This document shows positions 48,002-61,889 of a DNA stretch of 64,000 bases, one piece after another. The notes beneath the pieces were generated by a model, which did no database searches, was not told where the DNA came from, and saw nothing but the letters and a program-made list of their open reading frames with translations. Position 1 is the stretch's first letter; every line of letters begins with the position of its first letter. Source of the DNA: Eledone cirrhosa (Eukaryota); NCBI GenBank assembly GCA_964016885.1, contig OZ024742.1:159836001-159900000 (forward strand), written 5' to 3'. Position numbers and translations under genes: made by a program.

Positions 48002-48863
48002 TTAATATTTTTTTAAGGCAACGCTTGTAATAACTCTAGTTAAACATGATATATATATTAATAATAAATTATCGTTGTAATGTAATGAGATTATATAATT
48101 GTTATTTTATAAATGATCTTATAAATATTATTGTAAGATGTATAAAAATATGTTCAGACTTTTAATATAAACAACTACAAAAAACAATCAATATTAAATA
48201 AATATATTTTACATAATTGTTTCTACTTTAGGCACAAGGCCAGCAATTACCCAGTGCATTATTTTATCGACCCCGTAAGGATGAAAGGCAAAGTCAACCT
48301 GTTATAGTTGAATTAATAAAAATTAAATATTACATACAAATAGTCTAAGATAATAATAAAAAAAATAATCTAACATAATAATAATAAAATAATCTAACAT
48401 AAAATGAACAATAATATGGACATATATACAAGTAAATATGATATAACCAATATTCTAAGCATGTTATAACGAACTGAAAACAATAGTTAACATAAATTTA
48501 AAAAATCATATATAAATTATATAAATTAACAATATAACTTACCAAAACGAGAAAAATATTTTGATGATAAAACGACAAAATACAGGAGGAAGATTCGAAA
48601 GCGAAACGATAAATAAACGTGCAAACAAAACGCTTTTGAGCAACAATTACTCTCGTTGGTTGATTAGCCAATAAGACGATGAAATTAGCTAATAAGACGA
48701 TACATTACAAAACATGTTTGGAAGGAATCGTCACGGCCAGCGATATCCCTTGAATCTTTTATTCACAAGCTACGCATATATTGTCAGACAAATTGCAGAC
48801 TTAAAACATTCTGTTGTTAGTCACTGCGTGTCTAACAATAATTTGCTGAAAGGAACAACTTAC

Positions 48864-49156
48864 CTTTCCCTTCTAGAAACAGATTATAGTAACCATTCCA
48901 ATCTCCGTCATATTTGTACATTGCTTTCATTTGAAACAAGTGTTACGTGTCATGAAAATCATCTTTGGTATTTTGGTGAATATCTCTCGTGGTAAATGTT
49001 GCAAGAGGAGGTGAGTGTTTAGTACCCTGGGAGATAAAAGCTCATCTATACTCTTTTGGACAGATTTCTCCAGCATTGCAACAGTTTTGTCACTTGAGCT
49101 GTATTCAGCAGAGCCTTTCAGCAACATTCCTAATATTTCCCATATCCAATGACAAC
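48864..49156 (-). CDS. SULT coding exon 2 (CHWIWEIL...MTRN / HLFQMKAMYKYDGDWNGYYNLFLEGK), frameshifted
   Basis: Acceptor TTTCCATTGCAG, donor GTAAGT. The frame changes at about 48940. Confidence 0.88.
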
Positions 49157-49363
49157 CTGCAATGGAAATTTTCAAAGGTTGGTAAGTAACATAAAATAGG
49201 TATCAGAAAATATACCACACAACCACATCATATACACACACAGTTACACCTCCATACATCTATGCCTCCATCTTATTTTTCTTTGTATGTACATTGGTCC
49301 ATATACTTTTTCTATTTCTCTCCTTTCTATAGTTTTCTCCTTTGGCTAAGCTACCACACACAG

Positions 49364-49404
<41 letters not shown>

Positions 49405-49642
49405 TCCTTTTCAGTTAATGCACTTTAGTTTGTAGCATTTTTCTTCTTTACATCTTTATTTGTGTAATTTGCTGAAAGGAACAACCTACCAGTTTTGTTG
49501 CATCCCAATGTGCACTGGAATGAATAATATCAACCTTAATTACTGAAACTATGGTGATTTCTAGAGATTGGCTGAGAAGGGACTGTTTATTTTTCTGTTG
49601 TTTTTGTCCTGTGCGCGCCCTTGTTTTGAATTTATATTTTTT

Positions 49643-49683
<41 letters not shown>

Positions 49684-49724
49684 CATGTGTGTGTGTTTGT
49701 GCATGTGTGTATGTGTATGTGTGG

Positions 49725-50138
49725 AAAAAGTGGAGAAGCACAGGAATATATTTAGAGGTTCTTTTTTTCTTTAATCTGACAGAATAAATATATTCATATT
49801 TGTTATATCTAATGAATTTAAGTGTTATCAAATATTACTGGTTTCAATTGGTATGCCAGTCTAATCAGATATTTAAAACATTTGTTCACATATTATGAAT
49901 GCAGTTAGAACATATGTGAATTTTCTCTCAAAATTTCTTCCTAAAGAATATATTTATATATATATTTCTAACTGCCCACAGAATATGAGAACAAACTTTT
50001 TAATATTTGTATACCAATCAAAACCAGTAATATTTGATAAAACTTAAATTCATTTGATGTGACAAATATAAAGATATTCATTTTGTCAAATTAAAGAAAA
50101 AAAGAATCTTTAAATATACTCCTGTGCTTTTCCATTTT
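49725..50138. mobile_element. Degenerate fold-back / MITE-like element
   Basis: AAAAGTGGAGAAGCACAGGAATATATTTA...ATTACTGGTTT...TTGGTAT is mirrored by ATACCAA..AAACCAGTAAT...TAAATATACTCCTGTGCTTTTCCATTTT. Confidence 0.7.
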
Positions 50139-50929
50139 ATATTTTACCTATAATCTCCAATCTGTATGGAACTTTAACACCCCACTTTCTTTCAACTATA
50201 TATACGTATGTATATATATATACATATATATATATATATTTTTTTTTTTTAAAGAAGAGACATGGTTTTATGTATATATCCTGTTTATTATATAATCCTG
50301 TTATGCACATTTCAAAGACATCAAAATGATTGCATAATTACCCTTTGATGTGTTTGAAAACAGGTGTTAAGTTGAAATGTTTTTTGGTTTTTCTTTTGTT
50401 TTTGATATGCTCATTTTGCTCTAGCACATCAAGATTTTTCATAAACTCAAATGTCCATTTTTAACATTTCCAGTATTGTACCCTTTTCTAAGGATATATT
50501 TTGCTTCTTCAAATGCAGACATATGTATGGAGCTTGACATAACTTTGAAAACATAGTTTTTCAATGTCATTTAAAGTAAATGCAACTACAATAGTGAAAA
50601 CAAAAATCATGATTTAAGAATCTACAGTAAATAAGAGGCATCAAACATAAAAATCTTTCACTATCGTCAATCTAATCAGTTTTAAATGTCACAATGACAG
50701 AAATGTCCTTTATACAATTAAGTGTTAAACAACATATTTTTGTAGTCCTTGACATCATACATGTCTCATAATTATGGAATTTGCTGTGTTTGTCTGCAGA
50801 CATGCCCACATTATATTTGATTTAGTGTGACTATCATTGCAAACAAGGTGAAACATATTTGTTGAATGTTTAACTATTTTTAATGAAAATTGGTATTTTG
50901 AATGCACTGTCACATGGGTCAAGGTCACT

Positions 50930-51666
50930 TTGGACATTCTGTAACACTAAAGGAAAACTACGGCTGTATGAAAATAGTGTTGGACTATATGTGGGGACTT
51001 GAAAGTCATTGGCTTGCTTCTTGGTTTACAGCATGGTTATACCAAGTATCCTTGCTGTTTGTTTCTTCTGGAACAGTTGAGCAAAAGTGACCATTGGATA
51101 TGAAAGACATGGCCAGACAGAAGAGGAGGAGGTTCAAATTTGGAGAGAAGAATGTTTTAAACAGGCCACTGGTCAATTCCAGGAAGGTTTTGCTTCCCAC
51201 ATTGCATATCAAGCTTGTGCTGATGAAAGTCTGTGAAAGCCTTGGACCAGTATGGTAACTGTTTCTAATACTTAAGCGGAAGGTTTTTTTTGTCTAATCT
51301 TGTGAGAAAATTAAGGCTGGTGTGTTTGATAGCCCACAGTTTAGGTGGCTTTTGCAGGATAAGCAGTTTTTAGAGACCATGACTGGCATTGAATAAGAAG
51401 TGTGGAATGCTTTTGCCGCAGTTGTGTCTGATTTTCTTGAAAATAGGAAGTTGTCAAATTATGAAGAACATGTGCAGATCCTGTTAACCAGTTTTCAAGC
51501 ACTAGGCTGCAACATGAATGTAAAAGTGTACTTCCTGCACAGTCATCTGAACTACTTCACTGAAAATCTTGATGCAATGAGTGATGAGCAAGGAAGAAAA
51601 TTCCACGAAGACATCAAGACCATGGAGTCTAGGTATCAAGGTTGGTGGAACACAAACATGATGGCA
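50930..51666 (+). mobile_element. Degenerate DNA transposase, CMC/Chapaev-3-like
   Basis: LGLQHGYTKYPC, LLPTLHIKL, EKIKAGVF, FLHSHL and SDEQGRKFHEDI..MESRYQG. The family name is from remembered motifs. Confidence 0.75.
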
Positions 51667-51798
51667 ATATTGAGGATCGAATAAATTAGATTACCGATAT
51701 AAAAGACACAGAAGCGAAAAGCGAAAACCAACCAAACAGTGAGTGTGTTCTGTTATTAATTCTGGCAATATTACACAAATATGACCCTCCCCAAGTAT

Positions 51799-51850
<52 letters not shown>

Positions 51851-51856
<6 letters not shown>

Positions 51857-52130
51857 TGAATATAAAAGAAAAAGAAAAAGAAAAGCGAACACAGATATAT
51901 ACATATATGTGTTCAAATCGCAAGGGACCAGATTCGCTAAGGTGAAAAGAATACTAACTATAGACAATAGGGTTTGCCTGTCTCAATTTAAGAAAAAATC
52001 AAGAAAATAAATACAAACCAGAATTGTGGTAACTACCAATCACCCAGACAACTTGGTGCTGTTTCGCAATACTAATTAATTGAGAATAGAAATACCAATT
52101 CTTGCTCATCAGTGGGTGACAAATTAGTAT
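51851..52130 (-). mobile_element. PLE 3' end (hammerhead plus tail) inserted at (TA)n
   Basis: Hammerhead at 52040-52119 followed by a tail homologous to the 319-470 palindrome arms. Confidence 0.75.
52040..52119 (-). ncRNA. Canonical type I hammerhead ribozyme
   Basis: Minus strand: TCACCCA-CTGATGA-GCAA...TTGC-GAAA-CAGC(ACCAA)GTTG-TC-TGGGTGA, with all three stems paired and a GUC triplet. Confidence 0.92.
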
Positions 52131-52294
52131 CCTAGACACTTCATATTCAGCTCCATTAATTTGTTGAGCTATTTCAAATGTCGAATAAACCTGGCTGCTA
52201 TTTTTAGTGGTGTAAGCTTGTGAAACACGCTAAGATACCATGTGCGTTATTATATATAGCACACTATTTAGTTTCTTAATATACTTAGAACTCA

Positions 52295-53642
52295 ACAGTA
52301 TGCCATGAGGTCCCAGCATGCCTCTCCAGTTGCTGCTGTCAGACCTGACTCTTGCGTTGAAGTCCCCCAGTAGGATGAGTTTATCGCTTGGGGGAACGCC
52401 CTTCACGAGTGCGTTGAGTTCCCGGTAGAAAGCGTCCTTTGCTCCATCGCTGCTGGTGAGAGTGGGGGTGTACGCGCTGATGACTGTGACATGCCGAGAT
52501 GGGTCAAGGGGGAAGCGGAGCTTCATTAGCTGCTCACTCACAGGTGTTGCGAGGTCTGGTAGCTGCTTGCAGAGCAAAGTCCTGATGGCCAGGCCTACCC
52601 CGTGGATTCTGTCTTCGTCCTTTGCATTGCCCTTCCAGAAGAAGGTGTAGCCTCCTTTCGGTTCTGCTACTGATCCTTCTTCGGTAAGTCAGGTCTCGCT
52701 GTCGATCCGGTAGTGAGCTAATTCCCTCACTATGAGGGCAGTTCTTCTCTCTGGCCTCAAGGAGGTTTCCCTATCCATGAGGGTGCGCACATTCCATGCG
52801 CCAAAAATCAAGTTCTTCTTTCTATTATGCTGGTTTCGACCGCTTGGAAGGGTAAAACCGCCAGCCGCAATATACTGACCGGCTTTGTGTGGGATGAGCA
52901 TTTGGTTAGGGCTCCTTTTATTGCCCCTCCCCTCGTGCGAGGGGTTGAGCAGTGCTCTCCTGAAAAGGGCTGCTCAGTCGCCGGTGGAACGCCTGATCTC
53001 CTCTGTCAACCCAGAGTCGGGAGGAGAATGACTTGCGCATCCAGGCCGCCCACATGTGGGTTTGAGACTGGCAACTCCCAGAGGTTACCTCCACCTGTTA
53101 CCTCCGCCTCTGGCCCATTGCCGCAGGGCTTTGGGAGTGCACGCTAAAGAAAAAACCTGTGTGGGAAAGGTTTATAGTGGGAGGGCCACTGCACAGTGAC
53201 GGTCCCACTCACTCGGCCGCAAAAGCCAAAATCCGGTGGTACAGAGGACCATCACGACCAGGGACTTCATTGGCTGCAGTGGATGGCCATGACGTCTGTA
53301 GTGCCTTGCTGTGCCCTAGCGCTCCACACCGCTTGCTGTTGTCACCTTTGTGACCGTTGGGACAATGTTGTCCTCCTCCACTCACTCCGCCACGTCCAGT
53401 CTTCGCATGCAGGGGCAGGCATCTGCTATCGAACTCACCGGGGGGTTTCAGACCCGTCCGGCTACCCTCATCCTGGTTCTGCTCGCCAGCCAGGGCGGTT
53501 TACCAGGGTGTGGTCGCTGTCGCATGCTACAGTGTCTTGGGGCCACAGGTGGGACCCAATGAAGGACAAGCTGTCCTGAAAAGGGCATGGCTAGCCCCCC
53601 CCCCCCCCCCCTACAGAGGTACATGCCCCTCCCTGACACCCC
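52295..53642 (-). mobile_element. 5' portion of an RTE LINE: GC-rich 5' UTR plus APE endonuclease
   Basis: GAWNVRTL, PERRTAL..REL, SET, GYTFFWKG, ISAYTPT and LLGDFNARV. Truncated at about 52295. Confidence 0.88.
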
Positions 53643-54039
53643 AAGCATATACACACGTATATACATACACATACATATGTACATGTGTATATACATATTT
53701 AGACATTTTTGGATGGTCGTTGACTCTTATCAGTTCTTCTGCCCTTATATATGTTCTTTATAAAGGTGTGTTGGTGGAAGAGGGGTTCAACAGGTCAGGA
53801 TTAAATTCACTTGGTTAAGATAGAAAATTATTATTTATTCATAATAATAGTCCAGATGGCATTTATTTTTTGTGTGTGTCTGTGTGAGTAATTAGGTGGG
53901 ATTCAGTTCTCAAAGGTTAGTTTCAAAAGGTCAGTGTCTTTTTGGGGGTTGGGGGTGGGGGGTTGGGTAGCTTAAAGAAAGCTTTCACATGCACACACAC
54001 ACATATATATTTTAATATATATATTATCTATTATATATA

Positions 54040-55020
54040 TACGAGGGTAATCCCAAAAGTAAGGTCTCCAAAGCGATAAGGACGCAGAGAAACTGTTCGT
54101 ACGGCTGTTGACAACAATGTTGTGATTGGTGCTCCCTTCACTCCCAAAAGAAGCATGCGCGCGTTTCGCTGGGATGCTCAATCTTAGCTTGGCAGCCGTT
54201 GAGAATGGAGCTCCCATTGAACGTTACCGCCAAGTGTGAAGTTCGCGTAGTTATTCGGTTTTTGAACACAAAAGGCGTTGAATCGATTGAAATTCATCGC
54301 CAATTGACGGAAGTGTATGGACAGTCGTGCATGGATGTCAAAAACGTTCGCAAGTGGTGTAGAGAGTTTACAGCCGGTCGTACTGAAATTCATGATGAAC
54401 AATCTCCGACGAGACAGTCGCAAAGGTTGAGGAAAACATGCTTAGAGATCGGCAGATCACTCTGCATTTTGATTCCTGAGGTTTCTCGAAGCACCATCCA
54501 CAGGAAGGTGTGCGCAAGATGGGTGCCACGAATGCTGACAGAAGACCACAAATGGCAACGAGTTGATTCTTCCCGCAAATTTTTTTGCCGCTTTGCAGAT
54601 GAAAAGGACAACTTCATGGACTCGATTGCCACGGGTGACAAAACCTGGGCGTTCCACTTTACACCTGAGACCAAACAACAATCACGCGAGTGGCGGCATC
54701 CCTCTTCGCCCAAGCCGCGAAAATTCAAACAAACACAGTCTGCCAGTAAAGTCATGGCGACTGTGTTTTTCGACCGGAAGGGGGTTTTGTTGATCGACTT
54801 TATGCCTACTGGGACCACAATAAATGCTGACAGGTACTGTGAAACACTGAAAAAACTCAGAAGGGCAATTCAGAACCGGAGAAGAGGAATGTTGAGCAAG
54901 GGCGTAAGCATTCTCCACGACAACGCTCGCCCACACGTCGCCCGTCAAACCGTCGCTCTCCTGCAAAACTTTGGTTGGAACATCATCACCCCTATAGTCC
55001 GGACTTGGCACCCAGTGACT
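54040..55020 (+). mobile_element. Mariner transposon, 3'-truncated and frameshifted
   Basis: TA-CGAGGGTAATCCCAAAAGTAAG 5' TIR. ORF 54199-55026 has an HTH region, WVPRML, TGDKTW and HDNARPH; YSPDLAPSD lies in a shifted frame. Confidence 0.92.
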
Positions 55021-56447
55021 AGCTAACTTGGTCATTTGCAATTGGAACACATGTATACTTATGCTGGTCGAAACACACAATGCTGTTATGGGGACCACCC
55101 ATGTAAACTTGCACATCTAAAGAAGAGTTGATTAAGAGTTGGGATCCAATCGCCTGATGAAACCTGTGCGGATCGATATCGAAACAATTGCAATATGCAA
55201 TAAACTTTCATAAAAAGCTGCAAATCTGACTTCTTATTGTCACTCTCTCTATATAAATAGAGAGATAAATCATCATCATCATCATCATCATTTTACATCC
55301 GCTTTTCCCTGCTTGCAAGATGTCGATATAGATATGCTGTAAAGTTAAAAACAGTTTTAAAAATCCATGGAAAGAAAACATTGCAATGAATAATATTAGT
55401 TTGATGCTGGGATGAAAAAGATTAGTTTCTTTTACATTTTGGACATTAGTTCTTCATCAAAAGGAAAGAATAAAGAGTTAGCTTAGAGAGTGAATGAAAA
55501 AGCAAAAGGAAAATAATAGAGAAAAAAAATATGAAAAAGGAAAGTTTTGTGGGTATATATACTTAAAAACATAATTCAGTGAAGTGATTATGGACTCTTA
55601 TATACTTATATACAAAGACAGATAGTGCAAGGGAGATAGAGAGAAAGACGGTGAGGGGGGGCGATACAGAGTTAAATAAATGAATTAATTTTCTAGGACT
55701 TCATAGATTCAGTAATCATCATCATTCTCATTTCATCAGCCATATTATAATGCTGGCATTAATGTGTAACAGTCCATAATCACTCCACTAAATTATGTGT
55801 TTTCCTATCTTTGACATAGTCCGTCTTCAGATTCAAATTTACCACTACCCCTTTGAACTCCTATCTATAACATTACAGTAGTTTTTCCTGCCTACATCCA
55901 CTGATTCTTTTAATACCCATCAACTCTCTATCAACACTCTCATGGAGTCTATCTCCAAAAGATTATACTTAGGTTATAGCAGAAGACGCCCAAGATACCA
56001 AGCAGCAGTACTGAACCCAGAACTACATGCTTTAGAAGTGAACTTCTAAACTACACAGCCATAACGAGTTGACTGCCATGTATATTTTACACAGCTACAG
56101 TTGCTATGCCAGTTTTTTTTTTAGTAAAATGACTATTTTTTTAAACAAAGATTTATTAACAACACATATCTGAATGATTGATAAACATCATATAAATAAA
56201 CTAGTAACCCCATCTAGCTTTGAAGTTATGAACTGTTGGAAACAAATTCATAACTTTGAAGTTATGATTGTTGGAAAAACTCTATGCTGCGAAGCATAGT
56301 GTTCGACACTCTACCCAATACTTCACTGATAATACGCACACATGCACACGTGCACACACACACACACATGTTTTGAGAGATGTAACAAATTTGTTTTACA
56401 TGTGAGTTTCAGAATGTGGGAAAATAGTGCAATAATAAAATACATAC

Positions 56448-56613
56448 CAGATTTCATGTAGCCTAGAAGAAAAACATCATCTTCTCTTACTGACATTTCT
56501 GGAAGTTTTTCAAGACATTCTTGAACATTTGGAAATGGTGCAACCAAGAAGCCATTGTGGTCATGACAGAGCAGTTGATGCCCTGCAGGATCTTTGTAAA
56601 ATACTTCAGGCAT
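56448..56613 (-). CDS. SULT coding exon 1 (MPEVFY...REDDVFLLGYMKSG)
   Basis: Acceptor TATTTTACAG before 56630, ATG at 56613, donor GTATGT after 56448, phase 1. Confidence 0.9.
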
Positions 56614-57169
56614 GTTGTAACTCTGGCACACTGTAAAATATAAACCATTCAATATAGGAAATATTATGTTCTAGCATTTAATACGAGAGAACTATTTCAT
56701 CTGTTGATACTATCTATAGCTGTACTGTTTTCATTAATCATTTTAATACCAACTCATTTGAAACTGCCCCTAGTTTTATGATATAAAACTGTTTGTTTTA
56801 AAGTGTTTGCATTTATCTAAAAACTTTCCATCATAATTTTATGTAAGAACCTTTGTTGTGTTATGTTGTAAACACCAACTTAATAATGAGAGAGTTATAT
56901 TACTAAATCTCTGCAAATTCTTGAACTGCTTCTTACATACATTCTTGCAGTCTAAAGAGTGCATAGCACCAGCAGTAGGGAGGTTGTCATTTCTGTAACA
57001 CAATAAGAATCTTCTCAACCCTTTGTTTAGTAAGTTTCTACAGATGCATGCCCTTTCAATCATTAATTACAGGATGAATTTTATCATGATATTGACATTC
57101 TTTAAAATATTTTGCTTGAAGATGGGGTAAGTATTTATGTGAAAAAGAGAATCATCCTTTTACATCTAC

Positions 57170-58350
57170 TTTTCCAAGAACAGAAGAGCTGTGAGTAAAG
57201 TAAGAGTAGGTCATGAATTCAGTGAAGAATTCAAATTGCAGGTGAATTTTATCAGGGCTCAATCCTCAGCTCACTTCTGTTTATTAGTTTATTATAGATC
57301 TCCAGGCCATAACAGAGGAGTTTAAGTCAGTTTGTTCATCGAAACTCATGATGGTCTGGTTCTAATAGACAAATAAATGGAAGAGTGAGAGAAGAAATTC
57401 TGACATTCAAAACAGAACTTTGAATCAAAAGGGCTTAGAGTAAAATTGGGAAAAACTAAAGTTTTGGTAAGTAGGAAAGAAGGCAGGACCTTGATCCCAC
57501 CATGGAAGTGTCCCTGCTTGATATGTAGGAAAGGAGTAGGTAGTAACTCTATACATTATACACGATGCAAATCTTGGGTACACAATGGATGTAGTGGTAT
57601 AGCAGGCAGATTAACAGAAAAGGTAAACTTTGTGTGTGACAGATGCACAGGGATAGTTAGTTGCAGGAGGATCAGTAAAGTAAAACATTTTCCAATCACA
57701 TGAATGCTCCATAGATGTAGTTGATAGCTTCTGTTACCTAGGTAATAAAATTAGGTGGGGAGGAGGCTGCACCAAGAGCATAATAACTAGAGTAAGAACA
57801 CGGTGGAAAAAGTTCAGAGAGCTGAGCTGCTACCTCTGTTGACAGCAAAAGGTTTCTCCCTACAAAAGAAAGGCCAGCTGTATGATGCCTGTGTACAAAG
57901 TGCAATGTTGCATGGTGGTAAGACATGGGCAGTGAATGTGGAGGATATGTGAAGTCTGGAAAGAAATGAAGCAAGCATGCTCTGATGGATGTGCAATGTT
58001 AAAGTGTGTGAAAGACAAAGCATGGATGAGCTGAGAGATAAGGGGCTGGATATAAGAGGAATCAGATGTAGTGCAGAAAACAGAAGACTGTACTGGTATG
58101 GGCATGTGATGCATATGGATGATAATCTTTGAGTGAAGTTCCAGAAAATCAAAGTGGAAAGGAGCTATTGTTGAGGGATGCCAAGGAAGACTTGGGGTGA
58201 GATCGTCAAAGTTGAATTCAAATCACTGAATCTCAGAGAAGATGATGAAGGACTGCGATGAATAGAGAGATGCTGTACTGGAAGGAACCCATCTAAACCA
58301 TGTAAGCATAGAAAAATGGATGTAAAACGGTGATGATGTTGATGATTATA
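57170..58350 (+). mobile_element. Degenerate RTE LINE (PHD-containing family)
   Basis: KTKVLVSRK..WKCPCLICRKGVGSNSI...WVHNGCSG...FVCDRC, VVDSFCYLG, WYGHV and a (GAT)n tail. Confidence 0.85.
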
Positions 58351-58394
<44 letters not shown>

Positions 58395-60711
58395 GTGTGT
58401 GTGCGTGTGTGTATGTGTGTATGTTGAATGTATGATTGCTATATTGTGTGTGTGTGTAATATAACATAAGAGCTAATTGACACTTGCTGTGGAAGATAAC
58501 AATTATTTACAAAAGAAATTTGGTTTTAGCACAATAATTATTATACCTTTGCATAAAAGGAGGGGAAAACAATACAGAGATCAGCCTTGTCAGTGCAGTT
58601 CAGTTAACTGATTTATCTTATGATAAAGCTAACACTTAGATATATTCATTGCAGCCTATGTCATGCTTCTTTGAGTGCTTTCTTTACGATCATTATATTT
58701 ACCCACATGTTTAGATTGCAATTAGTCATTAATGTTTACGCTGTCACTTCTTTAATACTAGCTTTAGCATGCATGCATTAGCTTGATATATAGTAGGTTT
58801 TGAATCAATAGTGAACCATAATTAACTCTTAACGTCCTGTACCATATGAAACTGCATTAGCAAGATATTCTTGAAAAGCACATTAATAACTAAGTCTTTA
58901 CTTAACTTATTGCAAATTTGCACAATGATCTGTCCTCTAGCAAGTGTACTATAAACATTTGAATTAACAAACCACATTAACAAGATATTTTTGCTCTAAT
59001 ACTGCAAATTTTCACAGTGATCTTTCCATTAGTAAAGAGGCAATCATTTGAATTAATAAACCACATGAAACCATGTTAGCAAGACATTCTTTAAAAGCAC
59101 AAAACACCACTATGACTGCATCACATTCAAAATTAAAGTCTTAACTTTAGTTTACTGCAACATTTCCCAACATTTCTCCACTAATAAAGATACAATAAAC
59201 ATTTGAATTAACAAACCTATTTTTAGATATTTTCTGCTAAAATCACTACATTATATCCTTTTAGTAGGGATAGTGTCATGATAAAATGCACCTAGCACAC
59301 TCTGTAAAGTGGTTGACGATTGAACGGAGACAATATAGGATAGAGAGGACTCTTTGGTCTGGCAAAGTTTAGGACTGCTGTTGCCATGAGAAAATGCACC
59401 CAGTAGATTCTGTATAGTGATAGTGCTTGTGCTACAATAAAATGCACTCATTACACTCTGTACAGTAGTAGGGTTGGTCTCAATGAAATGCACACAGTAC
59501 CCTCTGTAAAGTTGTTGGTATTTGTAAGGGCATCAAGCAGTAGAAACTGTGCCAAATATGAAGCATATGTGCAAGATGAGGTCTCTCTTAATCGTCTAGT
59601 CTCAGACAATAACAACCATTCCAACCCATGCCAGCATGGAAGACAGATGTAAGATAATGATGGTGATGATGATGAGGAGGTTAACTACAAAAGCATATAT
59701 GGCCTTGTGGTTAGAGATGTTGTTTGCTAGTTGAACATTCAGACAAGGCTACATATTATATCCTGATATTTGTTTCATGTTAAGTGCACACATGACTGTA
59801 GAATATTCAGCCATTTGTGCATTACTTTATATATTTGTATATAAACCAAGAAATATGTGACAAAAAAAATCGATGGCAAAATGGGGAGGGTCGTTTTATA
59901 TACAGGGTCAATATTTTGCTGATCTTCATCAACTTAAAATTCTACTTAAATAAGGTATTAAATATTTGGAGTGATTATTTTATAATGAAACACGGTTTTT
60001 CTATATTTACTACATTGTCATTGGTGTTATTTATAATTTGAAGTTTTTTTAATACATAAATATCCCACACACATACACCAACTGTTTTTGTCTGACTTAA
60101 TACTTTTTCTTTCAATCTTACGTAAGATTGAAATCTACTTCTGTATTTTATTGCCCTCATTCTCCCCTCTTTTATAAAATGGATGAAATGGTAAAAAAGC
60201 ATTATATAATGGAATTGTAAAACAAAAACTATATTCTAAATGACATTTAAAATATTTTAAACAACAAAATATTAAAACTTCATGAATATATTTTATACTC
60301 ATGAGGATTTCAAAACCACACCATGTAAACATAATGTGTTGATTAGCTGCCTTGGCTTATAACCATTGTTTTTTTTACTATTTCTCAGACATAAAAGGGT
60401 AGTGGGTGTTATATTCAGATCGGCTTATATTCAAGTATATATGATAACTTCATGAGCAGGCTGTTCTGTTGATTAAACAAATGGAACACTGATTGTCAAA
60501 ACTGATAATGGTCCATTTAATGAGTTAGAGATAAAAATAAACAGGAAAAGGATTAACCAAAAAGAGAAAATAAATTAATATGGCATAGATAATTAGTTAA
60601 CTCTTTTGATACCAGCCTGACAAAAAAACTAGCTCTAGTTCTATGAAACAAAGCTACACATTTAAAGCATTCCTATTAAAATTCAAATATTCCAACATAA
60701 TTTTATATAAG

Positions 60712-61500
60712 AACCAGCAGTAAAGCCCGGCGTTGCTCGGGGCTGCTCAGTAGCTGTGTTAAAGTTACAATGTTAAGTTCCTTTCTTGGCTTAAAAACTG
60801 TAGAGTCTACAGTGTAGATTTTCATGTGGTATTCCCTCAACCAACAGTAAGCCTTATGAAGTTAAGAAAACATAACTATAACTCGAATGTTAAAACAAAA
60901 GAGGATGCTGGGGATAAAAACTGCACTGGTAATCTATTAACAAAAATCGAAAATGTAAACACTGCAACACTTGTCTCAGAAAAAAACATCAGCGTAACCA
61001 AACTATCAGTTATTTTGAAACAAAGAAATTGGATGGACATGAAAAAAAAAAAAATGCATTTTCATCGCCTATAACTTCTCTGTACGACTGTCTGTCTGCA
61101 CAATTTTATCGCCTATATAACCTCTCTGCACGACTGTCTATCTGCACAACTTTATCGCCTATAGCAGTAAAGCCCGGCGTTGCTCGGGGCTGCTCGGTAG
61201 CTGTGTTAAAGTTACAATGTTAAGTTCCTTTCACATTCATCTGTAGAACAAACGTAGCCCATGTGTCAAGTTTTGTGAAAATCGGTTGCGAACACCAGAA
61301 GTTATGACGTTTTGTTGTATTGCACTGCAGTGCTTCGGTCGACTCCAAGGAAGTGGTTAAAGGGGATTATCTGCCGGGAGGCCCTATAATCAATATCTGG
61401 AAAAATGAAAGTGCCTATGACCATCCGGAGTACATAAGTAACCTATGTCTTAAGTTTGGTGAAAATACTGTAGAAATGCATAAGGTTTACACACACACGC
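60712..61500 (-). mobile_element. Non-autonomous Helitron-like (Lep1-like) element with duplicated 3' end
   Basis: On the minus strand a CCCGAGCAACGCCGGG hairpin lies about 10 nt before CTGG (60713); the segment repeats at 61160-61232. Internal AAGTTTTGTGAAAATCGG motif. Confidence 0.55.
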
Positions 61501-61889
61501 GCGTGTGTGTGTGTGTTTGTGTGTGTATATATTTGTGTGTGTGTATGTATTTGTATGTGTATGTCCGTCGTCGCATACGTATGTACTGGCCTAAATCTTC
61601 ACTATTTACTTTTACTTTTTTAAGTTAAAATTTACTTTTACTATTTTACTTTTATTTTTACTATTTACTTTTACTATTTTAAGTTAACATCCCGTCGAGG
61701 TTAACTTTGCCTTTCATCATTACGGGCTTGATAAAATAAAGTACCAGTAATGTACTGGGTAATTGCTGGCCTTGTGCCAAAAGTAGATCAACTATTTTAA
61801 TCACCTGTTATTTTCGTTTACAATTTTATTTACATCATTCTTAAACTCCGGGGCTGGAAATCATTCGGTTATTTTAAATAGAATATTAA

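Larger units (their letters stand above)
39664..56613 (-). pseudogene. Cytosolic sulfotransferase (SULT family) gene, 5 coding exons, frameshifted in exon 2
   Basis: Exons 56448-56613, 48864-49156, 45114-45217, 41543-41708 and 39664-39785, all GT-AG. Motifs GYMKSG-CHW (5'-PSB), SPRVLNTH (catalytic His), YGNWFEY, YED and RKG-VVGDWKNWFT. The summed length of 851 nt is not a multiple of 3. Confidence 0.9.

Noticed and set aside
53520-53642. HDV-like ribozyme at the RTE 5' end
   Set aside because: GGGCATG/CATGCCC pairs, but I could not place P2, P3, P1.1 or J4/2 in the HDV order.
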